From Minisyncoccota bacterium (lineage in GTDB: Bacteria > Patescibacteriota > Minisyncoccia > Phycocordibacterales > XYD1-FULL-46-19), in contig JBBABX010000002.1 in the NCBI GenBank assembly GCA_041657405.1, positions 108,915 through 172,914 on the forward strand: a stretch of DNA of 64,000 bases, read 5' to 3'. Positions 39,897-49,818 of the stretch are shown in pieces (within the stretch, counting starts at the first letter, position 1; each line of letters begins with the position of its first letter). The translations under genes and the position numbers were made by a program. Below the pieces are notes generated by a model. The model was not told the origin of the DNA, searched no databases, and worked only from the letters and a program-made list of their open reading frames with translations.

Positions 39897-40499
39897 TTAA
39901 TTGTAAAAATTCATTGCTTTTTCTAAACCATTTTCCACCCAAGAAAGGCCGGCTTCAACCGCTTGCGATAAAACTTTTTTTAAAATTTTTTCTTCAACAG
40001 ATTTAAAATCATTGATAACAAAATTCATAACTTTATCAGCAGATGGCTTTTTTATCTTACCAGTCGGAGTGCGAGGCGAAACTCCGAGTCGCAGTCTAGC
40101 GAAATCTTTGGTCTTCAGAGTTTTTATTATTGAATCTAAACCACGATGACCTCCAGCACTCCGACCAAACGAAAACCGAACAACACCTAAAGGCAAATCA
40201 ATATCGTCATAAATCACTAAAATTTTTTTCCCAGCTGCACAACCATTAACATAAGACCCGACTGCTTGTCCTGATTTATTCATAAAAGTTTCCGGTTTGA
40301 CTAAAAGAATTTCTTTCTTTTTTAGACCATGACCAACCGTTCCCTTACTCTCTAAAGATTGTCTTTTTTTATTTAAAACCCAATCACTAAAATTTTTTTC
40401 CTTAGCCCAAAAATCAACCACTAAACGACCAGCGCTATGACGACTTTTAGCATAGTTCGCGCCAGGATTACCCAAACCAAAAATTATAAAATCAACCAT
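39897..40499 (-). CDS. pth: peptidyl-tRNA hydrolase
   Basis: GLGNPG, RH..G, KPETFMNKSG, YDDIDL, GGHRG. Confidence 0.95.
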   Translation of the reverse strand: MVDFIIFGLGNPGANYAKSRHSAGRLVVDFWAKEKNFSDWVLNKKRQSLESKGTVGHGLKKKEILLVKPETFMNKSGQAVGSYVNGCAAGKKILVIYDDIDLPLGVVRFSFGRSAGGHRGLDSIIKTLKTKDFARLRLGVSPRTPTGKIKKPSADKVMNFVINDFKSVEEKILKKVLSQAVEAGLSWVENGLEKAMNFYN

Positions 40500-40562
40500 T
40501 TATAAATTATACCTTTCGACTTTTCTTGCGTCAAAACATTATTTGCTATAATATTTGATAAT

Positions 40563-41180
40563 ATGAAAATTCCTTTTATTTGGAAAGAAGAAAAACTCAA
40601 AAATGATTTGAGCTTGAAAACTGATAATTCTGATAATTTAAACAAAAAAGAAAGTTTCTGGGACTTGATAAAATTTGCTGCCTTTTTAATGTTAATCATT
40701 ATTCCTTTCCGAATGTTTATTGCCCAACCTTTTATTGTAAATGGAGCTTCTATGGATCCAACTTTCCACGAAGGCGATTATCTAATTGTCGATGAATTGT
40801 CTTATTCTTTACGTGAACCCAAAAGAGGTGAGGTTGTTATCTTCAGCAACCCCGCTAATCAATCGCAATATTTTATCAAACGCATAATCGGATTACCCGG
40901 TGAAACTGTCTATGTCCATGGCAATCAAGTTAAAATCATCAACAACAAAAAACAACTCGTCCTTGAAGAGCCATATCTCGGTTCAGCCAGCGACCATGTC
41001 AAAAGTCTAATCCTCGGTCCAGATGAATATTTTGTAATGGGCGATAACCGAGCCGTCAGTTATGATTCTAGAATGTGGGGTCCACTCAAGGGAGAGCTAG
41101 TCAAGGGTCGTGCTTTTTTACGTCTCTTTCCACCCAAAGTAATTTCTTATTTACCAGGTCATTATGAGTTTGAAAAATAA
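40563..41180 (+). CDS. lepB: signal peptidase I
   Basis: V.GASMDPT, FIKRIIGLPGE, MGDNR..S.DSR.WG. Confidence 0.95.
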   Translation: MKIPFIWKEEKLKNDLSLKTDNSDNLNKKESFWDLIKFAAFLMLIIIPFRMFIAQPFIVNGASMDPTFHEGDYLIVDELSYSLREPKRGEVVIFSNPANQSQYFIKRIIGLPGETVYVHGNQVKIINNKKQLVLEEPYLGSASDHVKSLILGPDEYFVMGDNRAVSYDSRMWGPLKGELVKGRAFLRLFPPKVISYLPGHYEFEK

Positions 41181-42495
41181 AAAAATGAAAATTTCAAAAA
41201 AGACTAAGGGTAAAGATGATTCTCTCCAATCAGTTAAAGGGATGCGAGACTTAATTGCCGACCAAGTTTTTATTTATCAAGGCTTTTGCGAAAAAGCAGC
41301 TGAAGTTGCTCTTTATTATGGCTTCAAACCAATTGAAACCCCCATTCTAGAAAAAGAGATATTGTTCACTCGAGGAGTTGGCCAAGATACTGATATCGTC
41401 AGCAAAGAAATGTTTTCCTTAAAAACTAAAGGTGGCGATCGATTAGTGATGAGACCAGAAGGAACTGCCGGCGTTATGCGCGCATATGTAGAAAATGGTA
41501 TGCAATCATTGCCTCAACCAATAATGTTTTATTATAGTGGACCTTTTTTCCGACACGAAAAGCCTCAGCGTGGCCGATACCGTCAATTTTATCAATTTGG
41601 TTTGGAAATTTTGGGTTCTCCTAAAAGCATTATGGATGCCACTATTATCAAGTTGACAACTATTATTTTAGAAGAAGCCGGATTTAATAATTACACTCTC
41701 AAAATAAACAGTATTGGTGACGCTGAATGTCGCGGAGTTTATCGTCGTGATTTAGTTAATTATTATAAGAAAAATCTTAAAGGAATTTGTTCTGATTGCC
41801 GTGAACGTTTGAAAACTAATCCTCTTCGCTTGCTTGATTGTAAAAATCCCATGTGCCAAGAAATAAAAAAGGAAGCCCCAGAATCTATCGCTTCACTTTG
41901 CGGTCCCTGTAAAACACACTTTAAAGAAGTTTTAGAATATTTAGACGCCATGGAGATTCCTTACGAAATAGATAGCACTTTAGTTCGCGGTTTAGATTAT
42001 TATTCTCGTACTGTCTTTGAAATTTTTGTGATTGATGAAAACGAAGCGGGAGAAAATTTACCCTTGGCAGTTGGTGGCGGCGGTCGTTATGACTATTTAT
42101 CCAAAAGTTTAGGAGTAAGAAAAGAAATTCCAGCGGTCGGTGTTTCAATTGGAATTGATCGTTTGGTGGAGATGCCTTCTTATGTCAAACACGCGCCCCG
42201 TCTTGTAAAAAAACCAAAAGTCTTTTTTATTCAACTATCCTTTGACGCCAAACTGCGAAGTTTTGAGGTGATTGAAGCTTTACGCAAAGCACGTATTCCC
42301 CTTACTCATTCTCTTTCTAAAGATTCTCTTTCTGCCCAATTAGCCATTGCTGAAAAAATGAAGGTTCCTTACACAATTATTCTTGGACAAAAAGAAGCTC
42401 TCGAAGGCACCGTCATTGTGCGTAATATGGATACTCGGTCGCAAGACACTATCAAAATTGATAAGTTAGCTGAATATTTAAAAAAAATAAAATAA
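41164..42495 (+). CDS. hisS: histidine--tRNA ligase
   Basis: RPEGTA, FRHEKPQRGRYRQF, LVRGLDYY, GGGRYD. Confidence 0.97.
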   Translation: MSLKNKKMKISKKTKGKDDSLQSVKGMRDLIADQVFIYQGFCEKAAEVALYYGFKPIETPILEKEILFTRGVGQDTDIVSKEMFSLKTKGGDRLVMRPEGTAGVMRAYVENGMQSLPQPIMFYYSGPFFRHEKPQRGRYRQFYQFGLEILGSPKSIMDATIIKLTTIILEEAGFNNYTLKINSIGDAECRGVYRRDLVNYYKKNLKGICSDCRERLKTNPLRLLDCKNPMCQEIKKEAPESIASLCGPCKTHFKEVLEYLDAMEIPYEIDSTLVRGLDYYSRTVFEIFVIDENEAGENLPLAVGGGGRYDYLSKSLGVRKEIPAVGVSIGIDRLVEMPSYVKHAPRLVKKPKVFFIQLSFDAKLRSFEVIEALRKARIPLTHSLSKDSLSAQLAIAEKMKVPYTIILGQKEALEGTVIVRNMDTRSQDTIKIDKLAEYLKKIK

Positions 42496-42734
42496 TTTCT
42501 ACCCTGCAAATTCTAATCAAAATTTGTTGTGTGAATCTGATTTAGTCCCCTTTCAGTTAATTTAAACGCTTCAAAAAAATAGTGGGGCGTTTGAACCTTT
42601 GTTTTAAGCCATAGAAAATAAAACGATTTATTGGTCATCATAAAAAATTAAATTGATGCCCAATACTTGGTGGTTTAATATTTTATTTTTCTGGCTTGCG
42701 TCTTTTTTGTTCGTATGATATCTTATTTAGAATT

Positions 42735-42956
42735 ATGGATACAATTGAAATCACCAAAAATGGTAATGAGTCAAACGCCAGCATCATCAGGCGTTTTAGC
42801 AAACGCGTTAAATTATCAAATATTGTTCGTGGCGCTCGCAGTCGTCGTTATTCCACGCGCCATAAATCAGAATTAAAGAAAAAACAAGATGCCCTAAGAC
42901 GTTTAGCTAAGTATGCTGAGTATGAGCGCCTGAAAAAACTTGGCAAACTAAAGTAA
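42735..42956 (+). CDS. rpsU: 30S ribosomal protein S21-like
   Basis: E....E....IRRF.K.V......R.RRY...KS; ATG 42735. Confidence 0.75.
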   Translation: MDTIEITKNGNESNASIIRRFSKRVKLSNIVRGARSRRYSTRHKSELKKKQDALRRLAKYAEYERLKKLGKLK

Positions 42957-43429
42957 TGCCTGACCCAAACAATAATTTTTTTATCACTAATCTTACGAAA
43001 AGGAATGTCCCAGACATTCCTTTTGTCGCTATAAAAAACAAAGTATTGAACAAGAATTTTAATATTAGTCTTGTTTTTGTCACTCCCGCCAAAGCGCGTG
43101 AATTAAACAAAACCTATCGTCAAAAAAATTATTACCCAAATGTTTTGACTTTTCCACTAGCCAAAAAAGATGGCGAAATTTTTATTAACCTCACACGGGC
43201 CATTAGCGAAGCGTGCGAATATAAACATTCTAATGAAGAACATCTTGCTTTTTTGTTTATACACGGCCTCTTGCATTTGAAAGGATTGTCACATAGTAGT
43301 AAAATGGAGAGTGAAGAACAAAAATTTTTAAAATTATTTTTTACTAATGGCAAAAAATCTCATCACCGGCTTGGATATCGGTACAAATTGGATCAGACTC
43401 GTCGTTTGCGAACAAAAAAACGACGATAA
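42956..43429 (+). CDS. ybeY: rRNA maturation RNase YbeY
   Basis: LN..YR.K....NVL.FP, GEIFI, HGLLHLKGLSH. Confidence 0.9.
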   Translation: MPDPNNNFFITNLTKRNVPDIPFVAIKNKVLNKNFNISLVFVTPAKARELNKTYRQKNYYPNVLTFPLAKKDGEIFINLTRAISEACEYKHSNEEHLAFLFIHGLLHLKGLSHSSKMESEEQKFLKLFFTNGKKSHHRLGYRYKLDQTRRLRTKKRR

Positions 43430-44513
43430 TGTTCCACAAGTTTTAGCATTGGTCAAAAGACAATCTAGGGGTTTACGTCGAGGTTATATCATCAACCTAG
43501 AAGAAGCTACTGAATGTATTCGTGAAGCTCTAGACGACGCCGAACGAATTATCCGCGGTCGCATTCGCAAGGTAATTGTTGGCATCGGTGGCTTATCATT
43601 AGAATCAAAAATAACGGAGGGAGGAGTGATCGCTTCTCGACCCGATTCCGAAATCACCGATAGCGATGTTGTTCGCGTCATAGAAGCAAGCGAGGCCTCC
43701 CTAGCAGATTCGATTAACAAACAAGTCCTCCATCGAATTCCTTTATCCTTTAAATTAGATGGTGAAAAAGTCTTGGGTCGTCCTGAAGGATTGCGTGGTT
43801 CTAAATTGGAAGTTAAAACCTTATTCATTACTGCCGGGATCCAGCACTTACGTGATCTAGTTCGCGCAGTAGAAGAAGCCGGTTTGATTATTGAGGATTT
43901 AGTTGCTTCGCCATTTGCCGCTTCGTTGGCAGTAATGTCAAAAATCCAAAAGATGGCCGGTTGTGTCTTGGTTAATATTGGTTCACAAACAACCTCCATC
44001 GCTGTTTTTGAAGAAGGATTGCCGTTATCAATTCAAGTTTTTGCTATTGGCTCTACGGACATCACTAATGATATTGCCCTCGGTTTTAAGATCCCGATTG
44101 AAGAAGCCGAAAAAGTTAAAAAGGGAGAGGGTGAGCCAGTCGGCACCAAAAAAAAGTTAGATGAAATAATTGAAGCGCGACTTTCAGATATTTTTGAATT
44201 TATCGAAATGCATTTGAAAAAAATTAAACGCAATGGTTTGTTGCCAGCTGGTCTTATCATTACCGGCGGCGGCGCTAGTGTTACCAGCATTGAAGAGTTG
44301 GCTAAGAATTATTTTCGTTTACCAGCAAAAACAGCTCAAACAGCTATTGCGACTAATTCTAAAAGTCAAATTCGCGATGCCGTTTGGTCGGTCTCTTTTG
44401 GGCTGTGCCTCTTCGGCGCATCAGAACAAGAAGATAATTCTTTTGGTCCACGCGCTACTTTAAGAAATACTCAAAAGAAAATTTGGGCCTGGTTAAAAGA
44501 ATTTATGCCTTAA
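43347..44513 (+). CDS. ftsA: cell division protein FtsA
   Basis: GLDIGT, NIGSQTT, AEKVK, ITGGGA; upstream of ftsZ. Confidence 0.95.
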   Translation: MAKNLITGLDIGTNWIRLVVCEQKNDDNVPQVLALVKRQSRGLRRGYIINLEEATECIREALDDAERIIRGRIRKVIVGIGGLSLESKITEGGVIASRPDSEITDSDVVRVIEASEASLADSINKQVLHRIPLSFKLDGEKVLGRPEGLRGSKLEVKTLFITAGIQHLRDLVRAVEEAGLIIEDLVASPFAASLAVMSKIQKMAGCVLVNIGSQTTSIAVFEEGLPLSIQVFAIGSTDITNDIALGFKIPIEEAEKVKKGEGEPVGTKKKLDEIIEARLSDIFEFIEMHLKKIKRNGLLPAGLIITGGGASVTSIEELAKNYFRLPAKTAQTAIATNSKSQIRDAVWSVSFGLCLFGASEQEDNSFGPRATLRNTQKKIWAWLKEFMP

Positions 44514-44635
44514 TCCTGATTATCCAGATTCAAATTTTATTTTACAAATCCAGAGAAAGATAAAATTTTGCCTTTTGCGGTTTTTTTGCTAAGATTAAAT
44601 AGTTTAAGAAAAATAACCCTTTTATTTACTAATAT

Positions 44636-45817
44636 ATGCCAAAAATCAACCCAGAAATTGAGTCCTTTGCCCGCATCAAAGTTATTGGTGTCGGCGGTTC
44701 CGGCACAAACGCCGTTAATCATATGGTTAACTCAAAAGTCCAAGGAGTGGAGTTTATTGTGATGAATACCGATGCCCAACATCTTCATCATTCACCTGCT
44801 AACAAAAAATTACATATTGGCAAGAACCTGACTCGCGGCTTAGGCACGGGTATGGATCCAGAGATTGGTCGTCGTGCCGCCGAAGAAAGTTTGGAAGATA
44901 TTCAAAATATGATTAAAGGCGCTGATATGGTTTTTATCTCTTGTGGTTTTGGTGGCGGAACTGGCACCGGTGCGGCTCCAATTATTGCCAAGGTCGCCAA
45001 AGAACAAGGGGCTCTTACGATCGGTGTAGTAACCAGACCTTTCTTTTTTGAAGGCAAACAACGCGCCAATATTGCCGAAAAAGGAATGGATGAATTAAAA
45101 AAAGAGGTTGACGCAATTATCGCCATTCCTAATGACCGCTTATTAGGAATCATTAGTAAAGATACGACTTGCACTTCGGCTTTTGCAATGTGTGATGAAA
45201 TTTTGCGACAAGCAGTAGAAGGTATTTCTAATATTATTACAATGCCTGGTATCATTAACGTAGATTTTGCTGATATCCGCGCAATTATGGCTAATGCTGG
45301 TTCAGCTTTGATGGGTATTGGAACTGCTTCAGGCGAAAATCGTGCAGTAGAAGCGGCTAAGGGAGCTATCAATTCCCCTCTCTTAGACATTTCTATCAAG
45401 GGTGCCAAGGGGGTTCTCTTTACTATTTCTGGCGGAGTCGATTTGACAATGTTTGAAATCCAAGAAACCGCCAAGGCCATTACTTCATCTATTGACCAAG
45501 AAGCCAAAGTTATTTTTGGCGCTATTCAAGATGACAAATTAAAGAAAAATGAAATCAAAGTTACCGTCATTGCTTGCGGTTTTCCAGAAATGGCAATTTC
45601 CCACCGCGACTCAATAGAAACAAACAATCAAATTCAAGAAGAAATAAAAAAAGGTGAGTCGGGAACAGTTAAAGAAAAAAATGAAGCTACTTCAGCCAAA
45701 GTTTCAGAACGACAAACCCAAAAGCCGTTGGTCTCAAACAAAACTGAAAAAACTATCGAGGAAGAAGAAGACGACTGGTCATCAATCCCCGCTTTTTTGC
45801 GTCGTGCTAAAAAATAA
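44636..45817 (+). CDS. ftsZ: cell division protein FtsZ
   Basis: GVGGSG, GGGTGTG, INVDFADI, C-terminal IPAFLRR. Confidence 0.98.
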   Translation: MPKINPEIESFARIKVIGVGGSGTNAVNHMVNSKVQGVEFIVMNTDAQHLHHSPANKKLHIGKNLTRGLGTGMDPEIGRRAAEESLEDIQNMIKGADMVFISCGFGGGTGTGAAPIIAKVAKEQGALTIGVVTRPFFFEGKQRANIAEKGMDELKKEVDAIIAIPNDRLLGIISKDTTCTSAFAMCDEILRQAVEGISNIITMPGIINVDFADIRAIMANAGSALMGIGTASGENRAVEAAKGAINSPLLDISIKGAKGVLFTISGGVDLTMFEIQETAKAITSSIDQEAKVIFGAIQDDKLKKNEIKVTVIACGFPEMAISHRDSIETNNQIQEEIKKGESGTVKEKNEATSAKVSERQTQKPLVSNKTEKTIEEEEDDWSSIPAFLRRAKK

Positions 45818-45862
45818 GATAATTTAGTTTTTATTAGCCTTACCTCTTCTTTAGACTTTTTT

Positions 45863-46786
45863 ATGTATGATTTAATCATTATTGGAGGTGGACCGGCGGG
45901 AATAGCTGCCGGTATTTATGCCGCCCGAAAAAAATTAAAGACCCTACTTCTAACGGAAAGCTTAGAAGGTCAATCGAGTGTCTCACCAGAAATTCAAAAC
46001 TGGATAGGAGAAATAAATATTTCAGGAATTGATTTATCAAAAAAATTAGAGTCTCATCTACGTTCTTACGAAAGCGATAATTTTGTAATTAAAACAAAAG
46101 AAAAAGCCATTAGCCTTAATCCTCAAGATAAAGGCCTGACAGTTTTTTCGATTAATGATACTTACCAGACAAAAACTGTTTTAATCGCTACTGGTGCTAA
46201 CCGTCGGAAATTATCAGTTCAAGGCGCGGCAGAATTTGAACAAAAAGGCGTTACTTATTGCGCTTCTTGCGATGGCCCAATCTTTGCTGGTCAAAAAGTG
46301 GCAATAATTGGTGGCGGCAATGCTGGTTTTTGTTCGGCAGCTCAACTTCTTGCCTATTGTGAAAAGGTCACTCTTTTAGAGACCGCTTCCAATTTTAAAG
46401 CTGAACAAATCACTATAGACAATCTGATTGCTAACCCCAAATTCAAAGCTCTAGCCAATGTTGAACTCTTAGAAATCAAAGGTGATAAATTTGTGACTAG
46501 TTTAGTTTATCGCGACAAAGAAACAGACAAGGAATATGAATTGCCAGTCACCGGTATTTTTGTAGAGATCGGCTTTATCCCAAACACTAAAAATTTTCAA
46601 GACTTAGTGGAAACAACCACCTGGGACGCCATCAAGATTGATCATCGCACCGGACAAACTTCTCGTGAAGGTATTTGGGCAGCTGGCGATTGTACCGATA
46701 TCCTTTACCATCAAAACAACATCGCGGCTGGTGACGCCATCAAAGCTGTGGAAGATATTTATAATTACTTGCAAAAACAAAGCTAA
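45863..46786 (+). CDS. trxB: thioredoxin reductase / AhpF-like FAD oxidoreductase
   Basis: GGGPAG, YCASCDG, GGGNAG, WAAGD. Confidence 0.85.
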   Translation: MYDLIIIGGGPAGIAAGIYAARKKLKTLLLTESLEGQSSVSPEIQNWIGEINISGIDLSKKLESHLRSYESDNFVIKTKEKAISLNPQDKGLTVFSINDTYQTKTVLIATGANRRKLSVQGAAEFEQKGVTYCASCDGPIFAGQKVAIIGGGNAGFCSAAQLLAYCEKVTLLETASNFKAEQITIDNLIANPKFKALANVELLEIKGDKFVTSLVYRDKETDKEYELPVTGIFVEIGFIPNTKNFQDLVETTTWDAIKIDHRTGQTSREGIWAAGDCTDILYHQNNIAAGDAIKAVEDIYNYLQKQS

Positions 46787-47520
46787 AAGCTTTCAGCCAA
46801 TTTTATCGCCAGATAAAGAACCCCCATTCCCAACACAGTAGCCATAGTAGTCCAGCGTGTAGAATGCCCATGATGACTTTCTGGCAATAATTCAGAAGCC
46901 CCAATATAAAGAAAAAAACCGCCAAATAACGCCAAAATTAAACCGAGATAATTTTCAGACAAGTTGAAAAAATTGGTGGAAAAAATACCTAAAGCGGGAG
47001 CAAAAGACAATGGGATAAGCCACTTGAGGGTTCCCTGTCTTTCGTGACCATTTTTTAACAACAATCCAACAATATTGAGACCATCAGAAAAATTGTGAGC
47101 CAAAACCGCTGTTGCCATAATTAAACCAGCACTCGCCGATACTTGCAAAACTAGACCAACAGCTAAACCGTCAATAAAACTGTGAACGGCCAAAATTGAG
47201 ACTGTTATTGGACCATGCCATTGATGCCTAAGATTGTGGCAATGTTCAATTGTTTCGCCACTATGCAAATGAAAAAGAACTAAGCGGTCTAAAATTAAAT
47301 AAGCAAGAAAACCTAAAGCGACTAGAGACAATATTTCCTCAACCGATAAAAAATTTTCTGTCATTTCGATTGCCTCTGGCAAGAGGTCAAAAAAAGCGAC
47401 TCCAACCAAAGCACCAGCTGAAAAACCTAAAATTAAATGTAGACGGTCGCGAAAATGCAAAGCAAAAAAACCGCCAAATAACATTAATATAAACGCCAAG
47501 ACTGCCACCAAATACGTCAT
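46783..47520 (-). CDS. ZIP family metal transporter
   Basis: GFSAG, DLLPEA, HSFIDG, AHNFSDG, LLPESH. Confidence 0.9.
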   Translation of the reverse strand: MTYLVAVLAFILMLFGGFFALHFRDRLHLILGFSAGALVGVAFFDLLPEAIEMTENFLSVEEILSLVALGFLAYLILDRLVLFHLHSGETIEHCHNLRHQWHGPITVSILAVHSFIDGLAVGLVLQVSASAGLIMATAVLAHNFSDGLNIVGLLLKNGHERQGTLKWLIPLSFAPALGIFSTNFFNLSENYLGLILALFGGFFLYIGASELLPESHHGHSTRWTTMATVLGMGVLYLAIKLAESF

Positions 47521-47569
47521 AACACAAATAAATAATTTATAAAAATTGTTTTTAGAAGGAAACGGCGAG

Positions 47570-47818
47570 TTATTGACTCGCCGTTTGGCTCTTTAGATTC
47601 TCCAAATCTTCTATTCTAACAAAACCATTTTCCTCATCAACAAAATACAATATCTTCGGCGACGCAACACAGCGAAAACAATAAGACATTCCACAACTAT
47701 CCCAACGATGAACCCGATGAACAAACGAAAAACCAATGTCTGGATATTCTTTTTGGAGAATTGAAAGAGCTTGGTCTTTACTAAAAACTTCGGAACAAGA
47801 ATATGAAAGACTTTTCAT
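47570..47818 (-). CDS. hypothetical protein (82 aa)
   Basis: AAAGGAGGTG SD before the ATG. Confidence 0.5.
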   Translation of the reverse strand: MKSLSYSCSEVFSKDQALSILQKEYPDIGFSFVHRVHRWDSCGMSYCFRCVASPKILYFVDEENGFVRIEDLENLKSQTASQ

Positions 47819-47962
47819 CTTCCACCTCCTTTGACTGACAAAACCAGTCTAAATAAAGTATAACTCTATTCCACAATTAAAAACAGGCATTGCTCAAATT
47901 AAGAAAATATAGTATATTAAACAGTGTAGAAAAATAGCTTTTAATCTAATTTTCTAAACTAA

Positions 47963-48034
47963 GGCCCTATCGTCTAATGGCTAGGACATCACCCTTTCAC
48001 GGTGGTAATCGGGGTTCGACTCCCCGTAGGGTCA
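47963..48034 (+). tRNA. tRNA-Glu(TTC), island integration site
   Basis: GGCCCTA...TCACC-CT-TTC-AC-GGTGG...GTTCGACTCCCCGTAGGGTCA. Confidence 0.95.
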
Positions 48035-48081
48035 CAATAGAGAGAGCTAGTTCGAGCACTCGACAAGGGTCGAAACTAGCA

Positions 48082-48115
48082 AACAAAAGCAAGTCAGAAA
48101 TGACTTGCTTTTGTT
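48082..48115 (+). terminator. terminator downstream of tRNA-Glu
   Basis: AACAAAAGCAAGTCA-GAAA-TGACTTGCTTTTGTT. Confidence 0.75.
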
Positions 48116-48145
48116 GTAGTTTAATACAACGATTTGTGATATAAT
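48113..48145 (+). promoter_or_regulatory. putative operator and extended -10 of the XRE/hsd operon
   Basis: GTTGTA-N6-TACAAC (48113-48130) and TGATATAAT ending 6 nt before ATG 48152. Confidence 0.5.
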
Positions 48146-48151
48146 ATTTTC

Positions 48152-48358
48152 ATGAAGGATGACGCCAAAAAGTTGGGAGAAAATCTCAAAAATATCCGAA
48201 CAAGCAAGAATATCACTCAGACTGAATTTGCTGAGAAGCTTGGTGTCGATAAGTCTTTTGTCAGTAATATCGAGAACGGAAAGACAAACCCCACTCTTTC
48301 TACTATTACTAATCTAGCCCAGACATTAGGAGTGTCTACTAACGAATTATTAAAATAA
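48152..48358 (+). CDS. XRE-family HTH regulator (controller-like)
   Basis: TQTEFAEKLGVDKSFVSNIENGKTNPTL; 1-bp gap to hsdM. Confidence 0.9.
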   Translation: MKDDAKKLGENLKNIRTSKNITQTEFAEKLGVDKSFVSNIENGKTNPTLSTITNLAQTLGVSTNELLK

Positions 48359-48359
48359 T

Positions 48360-49814
48360 ATGTTCGAACAAGCATTCAAAAACATAGACGATATCTTACA
48401 CAAAGACGCTGGCGCATCCAGTGAACTTGATTATGTTGAACAAACATCATGGATCCTTTTCCTAAAATATCTTGATGACTTAGAGGCTGACCGAGCACTA
48501 GAGGCGAGCTTTATGAATAAGGAATATAAATATATCCTACCTTTACAGTTTCGTTGGAATATCTGGGCTTGCCCGAAAAATAAGGATGGCAAAATTGATC
48601 ATAATAAAGCTCTTACAGGAGATGATTTGAAAGATTTTGTTGATCAGAAACTATTCCCTTCACTCAAGAAGTTTAAAACTGATGCACTTAGTCCTGACAC
48701 GATTGAATACAAGATTGGAGAAATATTTAGTGAATTAAAAAACAAGATTCAAAGTGGCTATGCTTTGCGTGAGATTTTGAACATTGTTGATGCGATGCAT
48801 TTCCGATCACAAGAAGAAAAGCACGAGCTATCACATTTGTATGAAGGCAAAATCAAGAACATGGGTAATGCGGGACGAAATGGTGGTGAATATTACACTC
48901 CTCGCCCTCTCATTAAAACAATTGTGAACGTAGTTGGTCCAAAGATTGGCGACAAAATATATGACGGTGCTGTTGGATCGGCAGGATTCCTTGTTGAGGC
49001 TTTTGAATATTTGAAACAGAGCAAAGACTTGTCTACGAAAGACATGGAAATTCTCCAAAAGAAAACTTTCTACGGTAAGGAGAAAAAGTCACTTGCATAC
49101 ATTATCGGTATCATGAATATGATTTTGCATGGTATTGATGCCCCAAATATTATTCACACCAACACACTCGCTGAAAATCTTGCTGATATTCAGGAAAAAG
49201 ATAGATATGATGTGGTCCTTGCCAATCCTCCATTTGGTGGAAAAGAACGTACTGAAGTACAGCAAAACTTTCCAATTAAAACTGGTGAGACAGCGTTCCT
49301 GTTCCTTCAGCATTTTATAAAAATACTAAAAGCTGGTGGTAAAGCGGGTGTGGTTATCAAAAATACATTTCTATCAAATACAGATAATGCATCAGTATCG
49401 CTCCGAAAACATTTACTTGAAAGTTGTAACCTTCACACGGTCCTAGATCTTCCAGGTGGAACATTTACCGGTGCAGGAGTAAAAACAGTTATTTTATTTT
49501 TTGAAAAAGGTGCTCCAACTAAAAAGGTTTGGTACTACCAATTAAATCTCAGTAGAAATCTTGGGAAAACCAACCCTTTGAATGAAAAGGATCTTGCTGA
49601 TTTTATTGCTTTGCAAAAAACAAAAGCAGATTCAGATAATTCTTGGTCCATTGACGTTAAAGATGTTGATCAGAAGACTTTTGATTTGTCTGTGAAGAAT
49701 CCGAATAAGGGGGTTGAGGTTGTTTTGCGGGAGCCGAAGGGTATTTTGGTAGAAATGGAAAAACTTGATGCAGAAATCAAGAGCAATATATTGAGTATCA
49801 AAAAGCTTTTATAA
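48360..49814 (+). CDS. hsdM: type I R-M methyltransferase subunit
   Basis: GEYYTPR, YDGAVGSAGFL, ANPPFGG. Confidence 0.95.
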   Translation: MFEQAFKNIDDILHKDAGASSELDYVEQTSWILFLKYLDDLEADRALEASFMNKEYKYILPLQFRWNIWACPKNKDGKIDHNKALTGDDLKDFVDQKLFPSLKKFKTDALSPDTIEYKIGEIFSELKNKIQSGYALREILNIVDAMHFRSQEEKHELSHLYEGKIKNMGNAGRNGGEYYTPRPLIKTIVNVVGPKIGDKIYDGAVGSAGFLVEAFEYLKQSKDLSTKDMEILQKKTFYGKEKKSLAYIIGIMNMILHGIDAPNIIHTNTLAENLADIQEKDRYDVVLANPPFGGKERTEVQQNFPIKTGETAFLFLQHFIKILKAGGKAGVVIKNTFLSNTDNASVSLRKHLLESCNLHTVLDLPGGTFTGAGVKTVILFFEKGAPTKKVWYYQLNLSRNLGKTNPLNEKDLADFIALQKTKADSDNSWSIDVKDVDQKTFDLSVKNPNKGVEVVLREPKGILVEMEKLDAEIKSNILSIKKLL

Positions 49815-49818
49815 AAAT

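Noticed and set aside
39654-40006. ORFs 39654-39893 and 39824-40006 as proteins; SRP RNA on the minus strand
   Set aside because: The ORFs cross a promoter and a terminator and have atypical composition; the SRP domain IV consensus is not matched
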